Source: Nanobdellota archaeon
GTDB lineage: Archaea; Nanobdellota; Nanobdellia; Pacearchaeales; GW2011-AR1
Assembly: GCA_018815925.1 (NCBI GenBank)
Contig: JAHIWS010000021.1
Location: 25,641 to 89,640 of the forward strand
Direction: 5' to 3'
DNA length: 64,000 nucleotides
Shown here: piece after piece, positions 27,339-36,391 of the stretch
Layout of the letters: the number at the start of each line of letters is the position of its first letter
Position numbering within the stretch: position 1 is the stretch's first letter
Program-made: the position numbers and the translations under genes
The notes under the pieces: generated by a model
The model's database searches: none
Told to the model about the DNA's origin: nothing
Seen by the model: only the letters and a program-made list of their open reading frames with translations

Positions 27339-27701
27339 TTAATCAGCTTCTCCATCAAAACCCCCTAAAGATTCATAATGGCTATCTACTATCTCTCTTT
27401 TAGAAGCATTTCTCCACTGAATATCATCTATCTTGTAATAAATTAATGGATGAAAAAAATCACTACCTATAGCAACAGGACTACCTCTAATAACATGAGA
27501 ACCAAGGTAAGCATTTGCTCCCTCAGAAGCATTTCTTTCTCTGATTTTTAATCTATCTTCATTTCCAGAATATCCATCATATTTAAGAATAACAACACCA
27601 CTTAACTGAACAGGATTTATTACAACCTGATTAATATCTGAAATAATTAAACATTTTTTATTATTATCAAAAGCTAGCCTTACTAATTTTTCTCTAACCA
27701 T
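27339..27701 (-). CDS. hypothetical protein
   Basis: 120-aa ORF with normal composition. No motif recognised. Confidence 0.45.
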   Translation of the reverse strand: MVREKLVRLAFDNNKKCLIISDINQVVINPVQLSGVVILKYDGYSGNEDRLKIRERNASEGANAYLGSHVIRGSPVAIGSDFFHPLIYYKIDDIQWRNASKREIVDSHYESLGGFDGEAD

Positions 27702-27754
27702 TTTAAATTAAAAAACAAACAATTTATAACCTTTGTTATAAAACAAAATATATT

Positions 27755-28639
27755 TCACATCCTTTCTAAAACAGAAATTCTTTTTTCTAAAGGGGGGTGA
27801 GTATTTCCCCATCCCTTAAAAGGATTACTTATAAACAAAGGAGCAAGAGCTTTACTTACTTTCTTTTCTGGTTCCTTATGCTCTTCTTTAATCTTCTTTA
27901 AAGCCTTAATTAATCCACCAGGATATCTTGTAAATTTAACAGCACTTGCATCAGCAGAAAATTCTCTTTTTCTTGATATAGACATCTGAACAAAATAAAC
28001 AACAATAGGAGCTAAAATTGCCAAAGCAACTGCAATTATCATAAAAATAGCACCTCCTTTACTATCTCTATCTCCCCCTCTAAACCATAAACTCCTTAAA
28101 AAAATTTGGGAAATAATTGAAACCATACCTACTCCAACAGCTACTAAAGTCATATACCTCATATCATAACTTGCTATATGTCCTAATTCATGAGCTAAAA
28201 CTCCCTCTAATTCTCTTTTTTCTAATTTATCTAAGGCTCCTTCAGTTACACAAATTACTGCATGATGTGGATCTCTACCAGAAGCAAAAGCATTAATATT
28301 AGAGGAAGACATAATATAAAGTTTAGGCATAGGTATCCCACTGGCAATTGTCAATCCCTCAACTAAATCATAATATTGTTTATCTCTTTCACGAGAAGCT
28401 TTTTTAGCCCCAACACTAGCAATAGCAATTTTATGAGAATTATAAAAACTAAGCCACACATAAAATATTGAAAATAAACTAGCAAGAATCATAATAACAA
28501 AAAAATAACCTGGATCAGTCGCAAGAGTAATCACATAACCCAACACAATTATAATTATAAAAATCCCCAACATAAGAAAAAAAGACTTGTATTTATTTCT
28601 TGAAATCTGATCCCTGAAATCAATATGAACTTTTTCCAT
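27755..28639 (-). CDS. htpX: HtpX-like M48 zinc metalloprotease
   Basis: HELGHI zinc motif, four TM helices and downstream EFSADA. Confidence 0.85.
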   Translation of the reverse strand: MEKVHIDFRDQISRNKYKSFFLMLGIFIIIIVLGYVITLATDPGYFFVIMILASLFSIFYVWLSFYNSHKIAIASVGAKKASRERDKQYYDLVEGLTIASGIPMPKLYIMSSSNINAFASGRDPHHAVICVTEGALDKLEKRELEGVLAHELGHIASYDMRYMTLVAVGVGMVSIISQIFLRSLWFRGGDRDSKGGAIFMIIAVALAILAPIVVYFVQMSISRKREFSADASAVKFTRYPGGLIKALKKIKEEHKEPEKKVSKALAPLFISNPFKGWGNTHPPLEKRISVLERM

Positions 28640-28684
28640 ATTAAAAATAATGAGAAAGAGTTTTTAAGTTTTAAGATAAGAATA

Positions 28685-29170
28685 TTAGATTAGAACAACC
28701 CCTTTTATTAAAGGTTTAATATAAATAATTTCCTCTTTATTATTTTCATAAAGAGGGACTCTAACTAATTCTTGATATCCACAAAATCTCAAAAGTGAAT
28801 TTACTTCCAAATTGTCAGAATGTGTGTCACAAATTAGCGCACCCTGACCAAATTTTCTTGCTTCAATTTCAGCCTGTCTAAGTAAAAAAGATCCAAAATA
28901 CCGCCCCCTAATCCAAGAATCAACTCTTAAATTCTTTAACTCCAATAATCCGCGTAATTGCTTATGAGATTGAAAAATTAAATCTCCAACCAAACAACCC
29001 TCACTAAAAGCTAAAATTACCTTCTTATACCCGCTTAATATTTCCTCTTTTGCTTTATTAACCCAATCTTGATAATTAGGATAACCCAAAGATTGTAATC
29101 TTAAAAAATTTTCTAAATCCAATACTTCAGACTCATCTTGTAGACCTCTAAACCTAAAATCAAATACCAT
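28685..29170 (-). CDS. GNAT-family N-acetyltransferase
   Basis: Motif A-like VDSWIRGRYFGSFLLRQAEIEARKFG. About 160 aa. Confidence 0.6.
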   Translation of the reverse strand: MVFDFRFRGLQDESEVLDLENFLRLQSLGYPNYQDWVNKAKEEILSGYKKVILAFSEGCLVGDLIFQSHKQLRGLLELKNLRVDSWIRGRYFGSFLLRQAEIEARKFGQGALICDTHSDNLEVNSLLRFCGYQELVRVPLYENNKEEIIYIKPLIKGVVLI

Positions 29171-29211
29171 TTCAAAATAAAACTATCTAAGGATTAATAA
29201 GAATTTATATT

Positions 29212-29763
29212 CTAAAACTTAACCTTCACAACTTTCTTTTCAGCTTCTGCAATCTTAATATACTCTTTAACTTTAAAATCATACAATCCTGCAAAAAACC
29301 TACCAGGCATTAGCTTAACTGAATTATTGTAGGACAAGATTGAATCATTATAATGTTGTCTTGCATAGGCAACCCTATCCTCTGTGGTTGCTAATTCTCT
29401 TTGTAATTCGAGAAAATTGGCGTTGGCTTTTAAATCAGGGTAATTTTCAGCCAAAGCAAATAATTTTCCTAAAAAACCCTCCATCTGATTATTTGCCTTC
29501 ATCTTTGCAGGCAAATCTTTAGCAGCAATCAAAGCTTTTCTAGCATCTGTAACAGACTTCATAATAGACTTCTCATGCTTCATGTATCCTTTAACACTCT
29601 CCATTAAATTTGGAATCAAATCAGTTCTTCTCTTAAGCTGCACATCAATCTGACTTAAAGAATTATCAATTCTATTGGACAATCTAGTAAATCTATTGTA
29701 ATATACAAAAAATGTAATTATAATAACTGCCACAATCCCTAATAAAATCCATAACCCTAACAT
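29212..29763 (-). CDS. lemA: LemA family protein
   Basis: N-terminal TM helix followed by YNRFTRLSNRIDNSLSQIDVQLKRRTDLIPNL, typical of LemA. Confidence 0.85.
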   Translation of the reverse strand: MLGLWILLGIVAVIIITFFVYYNRFTRLSNRIDNSLSQIDVQLKRRTDLIPNLMESVKGYMKHEKSIMKSVTDARKALIAAKDLPAKMKANNQMEGFLGKLFALAENYPDLKANANFLELQRELATTEDRVAYARQHYNDSILSYNNSVKLMPGRFFAGLYDFKVKEYIKIAEAEKKVVKVKF

Positions 29764-29797
29764 GAAAAGACTAAAGAAAAATAGTTTATAAATTTAG

Positions 29798-30241
29798 CTA
29801 TTTAGAATCTTTTTCAAGAGCATATTTAATACTACCACCCTCTAAAAAAGAAATTATTCCTAAAATGCCTTTATCATCAGAAGAATTATCTGGTTTTAAA
29901 TAAATAATAGCATCCCATGTCCTATTAACAACAGCTCCAATATAAGATTGACTATAATTTAAAGCTCGAGCATCTCCTAATGCTTCTTGAATAGTATCAT
30001 AAATCCTATCTTCAAAAATATCAATATCTAGCTCTAAACGACTAAAAGGAAACTTAACTTTTCTAATTGCAATAGATAAAAAAACCCTTAAACCTTTATA
30101 AAAATTTATATCCAAAAACTTATAAATGAAAAAGTCTAGTCTTAAAAATGGTAAGCATAAATAAAAAAAAATGTATAGGATGTGGAACATGTGCTTCTGT
30201 TTGTTCAGAAGTATTTGAAATGAGTGATGATGGAAAAGCAA
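29798..30241 (-). CDS. questionable ORF (only the C-terminal ~80 codons look protein-like)
   Basis: The N-terminal third is antisense to the ferredoxin gene and its promoter. No ATG/GTG/TTG start lies downstream of that overlap. Confidence 0.2.
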   Translation of the reverse strand: MLFHHHSFQILLNKQKHMFHILYIFFYLCLPFLRLDFFIYKFLDINFYKGLRVFLSIAIRKVKFPFSRLELDIDIFEDRIYDTIQEALGDARALNYSQSYIGAVVNRTWDAIIYLKPDNSSDDKGILGIISFLEGGSIKYALEKDSK

Positions 30242-30315
30242 AAGTCAAAGCCCAAAAAAACACCCCGTGTGTCAAAGAAGCAATTGAGAGCTGTCCTGTA
30301 GATGCTATAAGTTAA
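30148..30315 (+). CDS. fdx: small monocluster 4Fe-4S ferredoxin (55 aa, absent from ORF track)
   Basis: My translation is MVSINKKKCIGCGTCASVCSEVFEMSDDGKAKVKAQKNTPCVKEAIESCPVDAIS. The CxxCxxC...CP pattern and VFEM.D.GKA resemble Pyrococcus/Thermotoga-type ferredoxins. Confidence 0.8.
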   Translation: MVSINKKKCIGCGTCASVCSEVFEMSDDGKAKVKAQKNTPCVKEAIESCPVDAIS

Positions 30316-30435
30316 TAGAAGTTTACTAAAAAAATAAGTGATTAAAAAAACCACAATACAACTTCTAGTATGTAATCACCACATTTATTTAAAAAAAGCA
30401 TGTTCCTACAAATCCCTTTTAAATTAGTTTTTTAT

Positions 30436-30993
30436 TCAGGACCCTCTTAATATTAAAAAATAATGTTTCTTATGAAAAGGTTCTAAATTTTTAACCAGAA
30501 TAATTTTAAAACATGTTTTTAATTTTTCCATAACTTCCTGTAATGTCTTTTTGGGATTTTGTTGGGATATACTTTGGGTTTTAAGAGAGAAAAATATCCT
30601 GCATTCCTTGCTAACTAACTTAGAAGCGTTTATCAATATTTCAACTTGGTCTCTAGAAGGGATGTCTTGAAATAAAATATTTATCTTTTTGTTAAATAAA
30701 GCTTTAGTTATAAAAACTACATCCCTTGCATCACTAAATATAGGAGCAATATTTTGTCTTTTTTTAGATAATCTTACTAGGTTTATAGCCATTTGAGGAG
30801 AATTTTCAACAGCAAATATAATTCCCTTGGTTAATTTAGATACCCTATTAACTGTTGTTCCTGAAGATGCACCTAAATAAAGAATATTATCTGTTTTATT
30901 TACTGTCAAATCCAAACCTTTTTCAAATGCAGCTTCCCACTTGCTTGTATAAGGATTCCATTCTTCTGTTTTTGATTTACTCCTAGTTTTCAT
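30436..30993 (-). CDS. flpA: fibrillarin-like rRNA/tRNA 2'-O-methyltransferase (short form)
   Basis: WNPYTSKWEAA, ILYLGASSGTTVNRVS (SAM motif), IFSDARD and LEPFHKKHYF match fibrillarin. Only 185 aa. Confidence 0.88.
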   Translation of the reverse strand: MKTRSKSKTEEWNPYTSKWEAAFEKGLDLTVNKTDNILYLGASSGTTVNRVSKLTKGIIFAVENSPQMAINLVRLSKKRQNIAPIFSDARDVVFITKALFNKKINILFQDIPSRDQVEILINASKLVSKECRIFFSLKTQSISQQNPKKTLQEVMEKLKTCFKIILVKNLEPFHKKHYFLILRGS

Positions 30994-31003
30994 TATAATT
31001 TTT

Positions 31004-31041
31004 GCCCTCAGCCGCTGTCGTAAGGTTTCTCATCATTGGGC
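31004..31041 (-). ncRNA. candidate box C/D kink-turn element (mini C/D sRNA or mRNA K-turn) between nop5 and flpA
   Basis: The minus strand reads GCCC-A-AUGAUGA-(18 nt)-CUGA-GGGC. It has a C box, a D box and a 4-bp G/C closing stem in otherwise AT-rich DNA. The nop5 stop codon lies within the C box and the flpA ATG is 11 nt downstream. Confidence 0.45.
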
Positions 31042-31707
31042 AAACATTTGAAAATAATCTATTCTGATACCTAATATGAGTTTATTTGCAAGTCTTCTTG
31101 AAGTTTTTCCTTTATCTTTCGCATTTTGTATTTTACCTGAATAATAAATTAAACCATATTTTGGAGAAGGCTTCTTTTTTGATATATGTCTAAACATAGC
31201 TCTCTCTGCACCTATCAATTGGATTGTACTAGAAGGCTTTCTATATAAATTTTTAATTCCCCCGACAGAACTTATAATTTTCCCCAACAAATAAGGTTCA
31301 ATTAAAACTGAGGAATTAGGTAAATACTTCTTGACCAATAAACTAAGCATCTCTTTAATCTTTGGTTCTACTTTATTTCTGTCTTTTATTTTACAATTTG
31401 AATCAAGATTATTTATAAAAAACTTTACATAATCAATTTCTTCTTTATCGAGCAATAATCCTTCTCTAGATTTAAAATTTAATTTTTTAAAATGATCATA
31501 AATCTGCTTTGTATCCTTAAAGTCAAAATAAGGATATATAGATAAAAATAATTCTTTTAGCCTACCATAAAAGTTAGGATTTTTATATTTACCCAAATCT
31601 TCAACTATCCTAGTAAAAAAAATTATTATCCTGTCCTTTAGAATATTCTTCTTAATATTTTTTTTTGATTGTTGTATGTTCCATTGGATAATTTGTTTAT
31701 TGTCCAT
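31033..31707 (-). CDS. nop5: Nop5 (Nop56/58) homologue, C-terminal Nop domain only (short form)
   Basis: LLGKIISSVGGIKNLYRKPSSTIQLIGAERAMFRHISKKKPSPKYGLIYYS...GKTSRRLANKLILGIRIDYF matches the Nop domain. At 224 aa there is no room for the usual N-terminal and coiled-coil domains. Confidence 0.8.
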   Translation of the reverse strand: MDNKQIIQWNIQQSKKNIKKNILKDRIIIFFTRIVEDLGKYKNPNFYGRLKELFLSIYPYFDFKDTKQIYDHFKKLNFKSREGLLLDKEEIDYVKFFINNLDSNCKIKDRNKVEPKIKEMLSLLVKKYLPNSSVLIEPYLLGKIISSVGGIKNLYRKPSSTIQLIGAERAMFRHISKKKPSPKYGLIYYSGKIQNAKDKGKTSRRLANKLILGIRIDYFQMFAQ

Positions 31708-31765
31708 GTATCTTGATAATAAGAGTATATTTATTATTTTCTATGAACACCAAATATATTTAAAA

Positions 31766-32986
31766 TCAATTTTTTCTTCTAGATTCCACTATGTTTTTAA
31801 GTTTTAAAGATACTATGGAAAAGAATAACATAAAAACTCCAAAAAAGAGAAATAAAAATTTAAAAGGCAAAAACAAAAGAATAATTGCTCCTATGAAAGA
31901 AGTTGCAAGATGATTTAAATCAATAGCTGTATTATATACCCCATAATACTTTTCTCTTTGTTTTTTCTTGATGATGTCAAAAAAATATGCTTCTGATGTT
32001 GATTCAATCATTGCCCCCCCTACACTTGCTAATACTAAAAGAATCATGACTATAATAGGATTAAAAGAAAAAATAAAAGAAAAAATAGCTAAAATTGAAA
32101 GAATCAAATACCCTAAAAAAGAGATTTTTTTAAATCCTTTTTTTCCAGCCAAATTCCCAAAATAATAACTAAAAAATATCAAAGGAGCAACAATCGCAAA
32201 AAGAAACAACCCGACAATAAAAGTGCTAAAACCCATCTCTATTATATAAAGAGGCATAAAAACATAAATAAGCCCCCACCAAAAATTAATTCCCCCACTA
32301 ATAATATAACTAAAAACCCTATCTTTGTTATTAAAAAAATCTTTTGTAAGCTTATATAGGTTTTTGTCCAATCGTTTTGGTTTTTTTGTATCAGAAATTT
32401 TAAAAAACTTAAAAAGAATTAATGATAAAAACATCAAAATAGAGGAAATCAAAAAAACAAAAGAGAACCCATATTTTTCTGAGATAAATCCTGCAAATAA
32501 AGGACCTACAAGCCAGGCCAAATTAAAAAAAGTGTAAACAAATCCCTCATTTTTAGATAATTCTGAATTTTTTGATTTATCACTTATTATTATCCCTATT
32601 GTTGTTACTCTTAAACTCGCTAGTATTGATGTCAAAACTCCTAAAATTATCACTGCATACAATGTAGTAAATATAGTAAACAAAAGATAAGATAAAAAGA
32701 AAAGAAAAGTCGAAAGCACAAACAAACCAGCATTGTTCTTTTTTTCAACAAGAGGAATTAAAACAATATAAGAGATTATCCCTATTATTGTAAAAGCAGT
32801 AATTAAAAAACCAACATAAGAATCATTTCCTAAAAAAGATTTTAAATATACTGACCATACAGTTCTTACTGCTGCTAAACCAAGACCTGAAAAAAATAAT
32901 ATAAATCCTATCTTGCTTATTTGACCAGAAGGCAAAAATCTCCTTTTTATCATTAAAACATAAGGAAAGTTATATTTAAAAAACAA
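31766..32986 (-). CDS. major facilitator superfamily transporter
   Basis: About 12 TM helices in a 6+6 arrangement with a basic central loop (KKPKRLDKN). Confidence 0.7.
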   Translation of the reverse strand: MFFKYNFPYVLMIKRRFLPSGQISKIGFILFFSGLGLAAVRTVWSVYLKSFLGNDSYVGFLITAFTIIGIISYIVLIPLVEKKNNAGLFVLSTFLFFLSYLLFTIFTTLYAVIILGVLTSILASLRVTTIGIIISDKSKNSELSKNEGFVYTFFNLAWLVGPLFAGFISEKYGFSFVFLISSILMFLSLILFKFFKISDTKKPKRLDKNLYKLTKDFFNNKDRVFSYIISGGINFWWGLIYVFMPLYIIEMGFSTFIVGLFLFAIVAPLIFFSYYFGNLAGKKGFKKISFLGYLILSILAIFSFIFSFNPIIVMILLVLASVGGAMIESTSEAYFFDIIKKKQREKYYGVYNTAIDLNHLATSFIGAIILLFLPFKFLFLFFGVFMLFFSIVSLKLKNIVESRRKN

Positions 32987-33069
32987 TTGTAAGATGCAAA
33001 AATCAAATTAAGAAAAACACTTAAAGACTATTCTTCCACCCAAAAAAAGGTTTTTTTGCAACAAAAACC

Positions 33070-33077
33070 TTTATTAA
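33070..33077 (+). promoter_or_regulatory. TATA-like box (TTTATTAA) 29 nt upstream of ppsA ATG
   Basis: Recurrent spacing. Confidence 0.4.
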
Positions 33078-33098
33078 CTTTCCAAGCTTTTTCCTTTA

Positions 33099-35777
33099 AT
33101 GAATCAAAAAAAAGAGAATATAGATTTTGTAAAATGGTTTTCTGAATTAAATAAAAATTCTGGACCTGTTGCTGGCGGAAAAGGTGCAAATTTATCTGAA
33201 ATCTACAATCTAAAAGTACAAGTTCCCCCAGGATTCGTAATAACAGCCCAAGCTTATGATTATTTTATAAAAAAAGCAAATCTTGATAAAGAGATTAAAG
33301 AACTCATCTCAACAATAAATTATGAAAACACAAAACAATTAGATGAAGTAACAAAAAAAATAAGAGATAAAATTCTCAAAGCCGAAATTCCAAAAGAAAT
33401 GGAAGAGGAAATTCTTGAATCTTATGAAAATTTAGGAGGATCTGAACATGAATCTATTAAAAGAGGACAAGCCCATGATATTCTCAGAACAGCTTCAGAA
33501 CCAATATTTGTAGCAGTTAGAAGTTCTGCTACTACAGAAGATCTTGCAGAAGCTAGTTTTGCAGGACAACAAGATTCTTTTGTAAACATAAAAGGAAATG
33601 ATAATCTTCTTGAGCATATAAAAAAATGTTTTGCTTCATTATTTACCTCTAGAGCAACATACTACAGAAACAAAAAAGGATTTAAAAATGAACAAACAAG
33701 CTTAGCAGTTGTTATTCAGAAAATGGTTGACTCTGATAAATCAGGGGTTATTTTTTCAAAAGATCCTTCATATAAAAATGACAATGTTACAATAGAAGCT
33801 GTTTGGGGCCTTGGAGAAGGGATTGTGTCAGGAAGAATTACTCCAGATAGTTATACTATCTCAAAAGAATTAGAAATCCTAAATAAAACCATAGCAGAAA
33901 AAAAGATTGCAATAACAAGAGATTCTTCAGGAGAGAAATCAATTGTAAAATTAAGAGAAGAAAAATCAAAATATCAAGTTCTAAAAGAACATGAAATAAA
34001 AAAATTAGCAGATATTGCACTAAAATTAGAAGGCCATTATAAAAAACCACAAGATATTGAATTTGCGATTGAAGGAGAAGAAATTTATATTGTTCAAACA
34101 AGACCTATCACAACAATAGGAAAAAAAGCTGAAGGAGAAAAAGAACTCAAAGGAGAACCAATTCTAATAGGATTAGCTGCATCACCTGGAATTGCTTCAG
34201 GAAAAATAATTATTATAAAAGAAGTAAGTGATCTTCAAAAAATAAAACAAGGAGATATATTAGTTACAAAAATGACTAATCCAGATATGGTTGTTGCAAT
34301 GCAAAAATCAGCTGCAATAATTACTGATGAAGGAGGAAGAACAAGTCATGCAGCAATAGTTTCCAGAGAAATGGGAATTCCTGCTGTAGTAGGAACTCAA
34401 GAAGCAACTACAAAACTTAAAGAAAAAGAAATAGTTACAGTAAACGGTTTTACAGGGAAAATTTACAAAGGCAAAATTGCAGAAACAGTCCAAAAAGAAG
34501 TCTTACCTGCAACTGCTAAAACAAAAACAGAAATCAAGGTAATAGTGGATCTTCCAACCTACGCAGAACGTGCAGCTAAAACAAAATTAAAAAAAGTCGG
34601 TCTGGTCAGAATAGAAGGAATCATTGCAGAATCAGAAAAACATCCAGAGTACTTTTTAAAAGAAAACAAAATTAAAGATTATGAAGAAATAATTTATAAA
34701 GGAATTAAAAAAATTTCCCAGTATTTTGAAGAATTATGGATAAGGACATCAGACATAAGAAGTGATGAATTTCAAAATCTTAAGGGGGCTCCTTCAGAAC
34801 CTGAAGCAAATCCAATGTTAGGTTTTCATGGAATAAGATATAGTTTAAAAAAACCAGAAATATTTAAAGCAGAACTCAACGGATTAAAAAAAATAGCAGA
34901 ACAAAATAAAATAATAGGACTTTTATTACCTCAAGTAATATCAGTAGATGAAATTAAAAAAACCAAAGAAATTCTTAAAGAAATAGGATTTGATAATGCT
35001 AAAGTTGGAGTAATGGTTGAAACCCCTGCTGCAGTTCAATTAATAAAAGAAATTTGTGAGGAAGGAATTGCATTTATCTCGTTTGGAACTAATGATTTAA
35101 CCCAGTACATGTTAGCAATTGACAGAGGAAATGAAAAAGTCCAGTACCTATATGATGAAATGCATCCAGCAATATTATATCAAATGGCTTATGTAATTAG
35201 AGTATGCAAAAGATATAATGTTGAAACAAGTATTTGTGGTCAAGCAGGAAGCAATAAAGAAATGGTAAAATTCTTAGTTGAAACAGGTATAAATTCTATT
35301 AGTGTTAATGCAGACAAAGCAGCTGAAATAGCAGAATATGTAGCAGAAATTGAAAAATCCTTAGTAGCTGGAACAGATAAGGAACCAAGAAAATACCAAC
35401 CAGAAGAAAAATCAGAAGCAGAGGAACCTAAACCCCTTCCCCCACAAATAACAAACAAAGAAGACATAGAAGACTCTGAGGTAAGATCAGGTCTAGCACC
35501 TGAATCAAAAGATTCGAACACTAAAGAAGCAGAGCCTCTAGCTAGATCATCTGAAAGCAAAGCTAAAGAAGATATTGATGATGAAGAGGAATCTAAAGAA
35601 GAACAAGAAGTTGAAAATAAAAACCCTCATCTAGAAAAAGATATTCAAGCAATTGAAGCAGAAAAACAAGAATATTTTAAAGAACATCCTGAAGAAAAAG
35701 AATCTGAAACAAGTCCAGATCTAGCATCTGAATCAAAAAATTCAAACACTAAAGAAGAAATTTTGGATATCTTTTAA
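33099..35777 (+). CDS. ppsA: phosphoenolpyruvate synthase (pyruvate, water dikinase) with acidic repeat-containing C-terminal extension
   Basis: GGKGANLSE, the phosphohistidine loop TDEGGRTSHAAIVSREMGIPAVVG and a PEP-utilising C-terminal domain (SFGTNDLTQY). About 135 extra acidic residues follow AEIEKSL. Confidence 0.92.
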   Translation: MNQKKENIDFVKWFSELNKNSGPVAGGKGANLSEIYNLKVQVPPGFVITAQAYDYFIKKANLDKEIKELISTINYENTKQLDEVTKKIRDKILKAEIPKEMEEEILESYENLGGSEHESIKRGQAHDILRTASEPIFVAVRSSATTEDLAEASFAGQQDSFVNIKGNDNLLEHIKKCFASLFTSRATYYRNKKGFKNEQTSLAVVIQKMVDSDKSGVIFSKDPSYKNDNVTIEAVWGLGEGIVSGRITPDSYTISKELEILNKTIAEKKIAITRDSSGEKSIVKLREEKSKYQVLKEHEIKKLADIALKLEGHYKKPQDIEFAIEGEEIYIVQTRPITTIGKKAEGEKELKGEPILIGLAASPGIASGKIIIIKEVSDLQKIKQGDILVTKMTNPDMVVAMQKSAAIITDEGGRTSHAAIVSREMGIPAVVGTQEATTKLKEKEIVTVNGFTGKIYKGKIAETVQKEVLPATAKTKTEIKVIVDLPTYAERAAKTKLKKVGLVRIEGIIAESEKHPEYFLKENKIKDYEEIIYKGIKKISQYFEELWIRTSDIRSDEFQNLKGAPSEPEANPMLGFHGIRYSLKKPEIFKAELNGLKKIAEQNKIIGLLLPQVISVDEIKKTKEILKEIGFDNAKVGVMVETPAAVQLIKEICEEGIAFISFGTNDLTQYMLAIDRGNEKVQYLYDEMHPAILYQMAYVIRVCKRYNVETSICGQAGSNKEMVKFLVETGINSISVNADKAAEIAEYVAEIEKSLVAGTDKEPRKYQPEEKSEAEEPKPLPPQITNKEDIEDSEVRSGLAPESKDSNTKEAEPLARSSESKAKEDIDDEEESKEEQEVENKNPHLEKDIQAIEAEKQEYFKEHPEEKESETSPDLASESKNSNTKEEILDIF

Positions 35778-35782
35778 TTAAA

Positions 35783-35790
35783 TTTATAAA
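35783..35790 (+). promoter_or_regulatory. TATA box (TTTATAAA) 29 nt upstream of ATG 35812
   Basis: Consensus box at the recurrent spacing. Confidence 0.45.
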
Positions 35791-35811
35791 CAACAAACCA
35801 TTCTATAAAAT

Positions 35812-36390
35812 ATGAAAAAAAGAGCTGTGAAAAAAAAGAAATCTAAAAAGAAAAGACCAGTTAAAAAGAAGAAGAAAATAAAAAAATCAAAGTCTGCAAA
35901 AAAAGTTTCAAAACCCACTATAACAAAATCTAGCAGTGATTTTCAAATAGAAAAAATATTAGTCCATAATTTTGTTTCTTTACAAAAAGTAATTGTAAAT
36001 TTATCCACAAAAATAGATAATTTAACCACCAGGATAACAAAACTTCTTGATCTTTTTGAACTTTCAGCAAAAGCACTTGCTGATAAAAATCCACATTTAG
36101 GAAAACCTAAAGAAAATAAAGAGATTATGGAAAAAATAGAGAAATTACTAGATCAAAATAAAACAATTGCTAAAGGAATAACCACAATACATGAAAAATC
36201 TCAAAACCAATCCCTTCCACCGCAACAACAAAAATTTATTGAATCAGAAGAATTAGACCCGGAGTCAGAAGAACCAGAATTTGAAGCAGAACAAATAGAA
36301 CCTGAATCAGAAGAATCAGGATTTGAATCAGATGATTATCAAAAATCAATCTCATCAGAATTTCCTGAATCAGAAGAATTTCAACAATAA
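35812..36390 (+). CDS. hypothetical protein (Lys-rich N-terminus, coiled middle, acidic C-terminus)
   Basis: Compositionally tripartite 192-aa ORF. No family motif. Confidence 0.45.
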   Translation: MKKRAVKKKKSKKKRPVKKKKKIKKSKSAKKVSKPTITKSSSDFQIEKILVHNFVSLQKVIVNLSTKIDNLTTRITKLLDLFELSAKALADKNPHLGKPKENKEIMEKIEKLLDQNKTIAKGITTIHEKSQNQSLPPQQQKFIESEELDPESEEPEFEAEQIEPESEESGFESDDYQKSISSEFPESEEFQQ

Positions 36391-36391
36391 A

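Noticed and set aside
31012-31029. Guide region of the C/D-like motif targeting the universal 16S 3' sequence (shared GUCGUAA heptamer).
   Set aside because: Only 7 nt match, and the flanks diverge from the conserved AAGUCGUAACAAGG context. This cannot be distinguished from chance without the organism's rRNA sequence.
36323-36391. Listed N-terminal extension (MNQMIIKNQSHQ...) of ORF 36323..37198.
   Set aside because: It overlaps the acidic C-terminus of the preceding gene in another frame. An ATG at 36392 directly follows that gene's stop and gives a sensible N-terminus.
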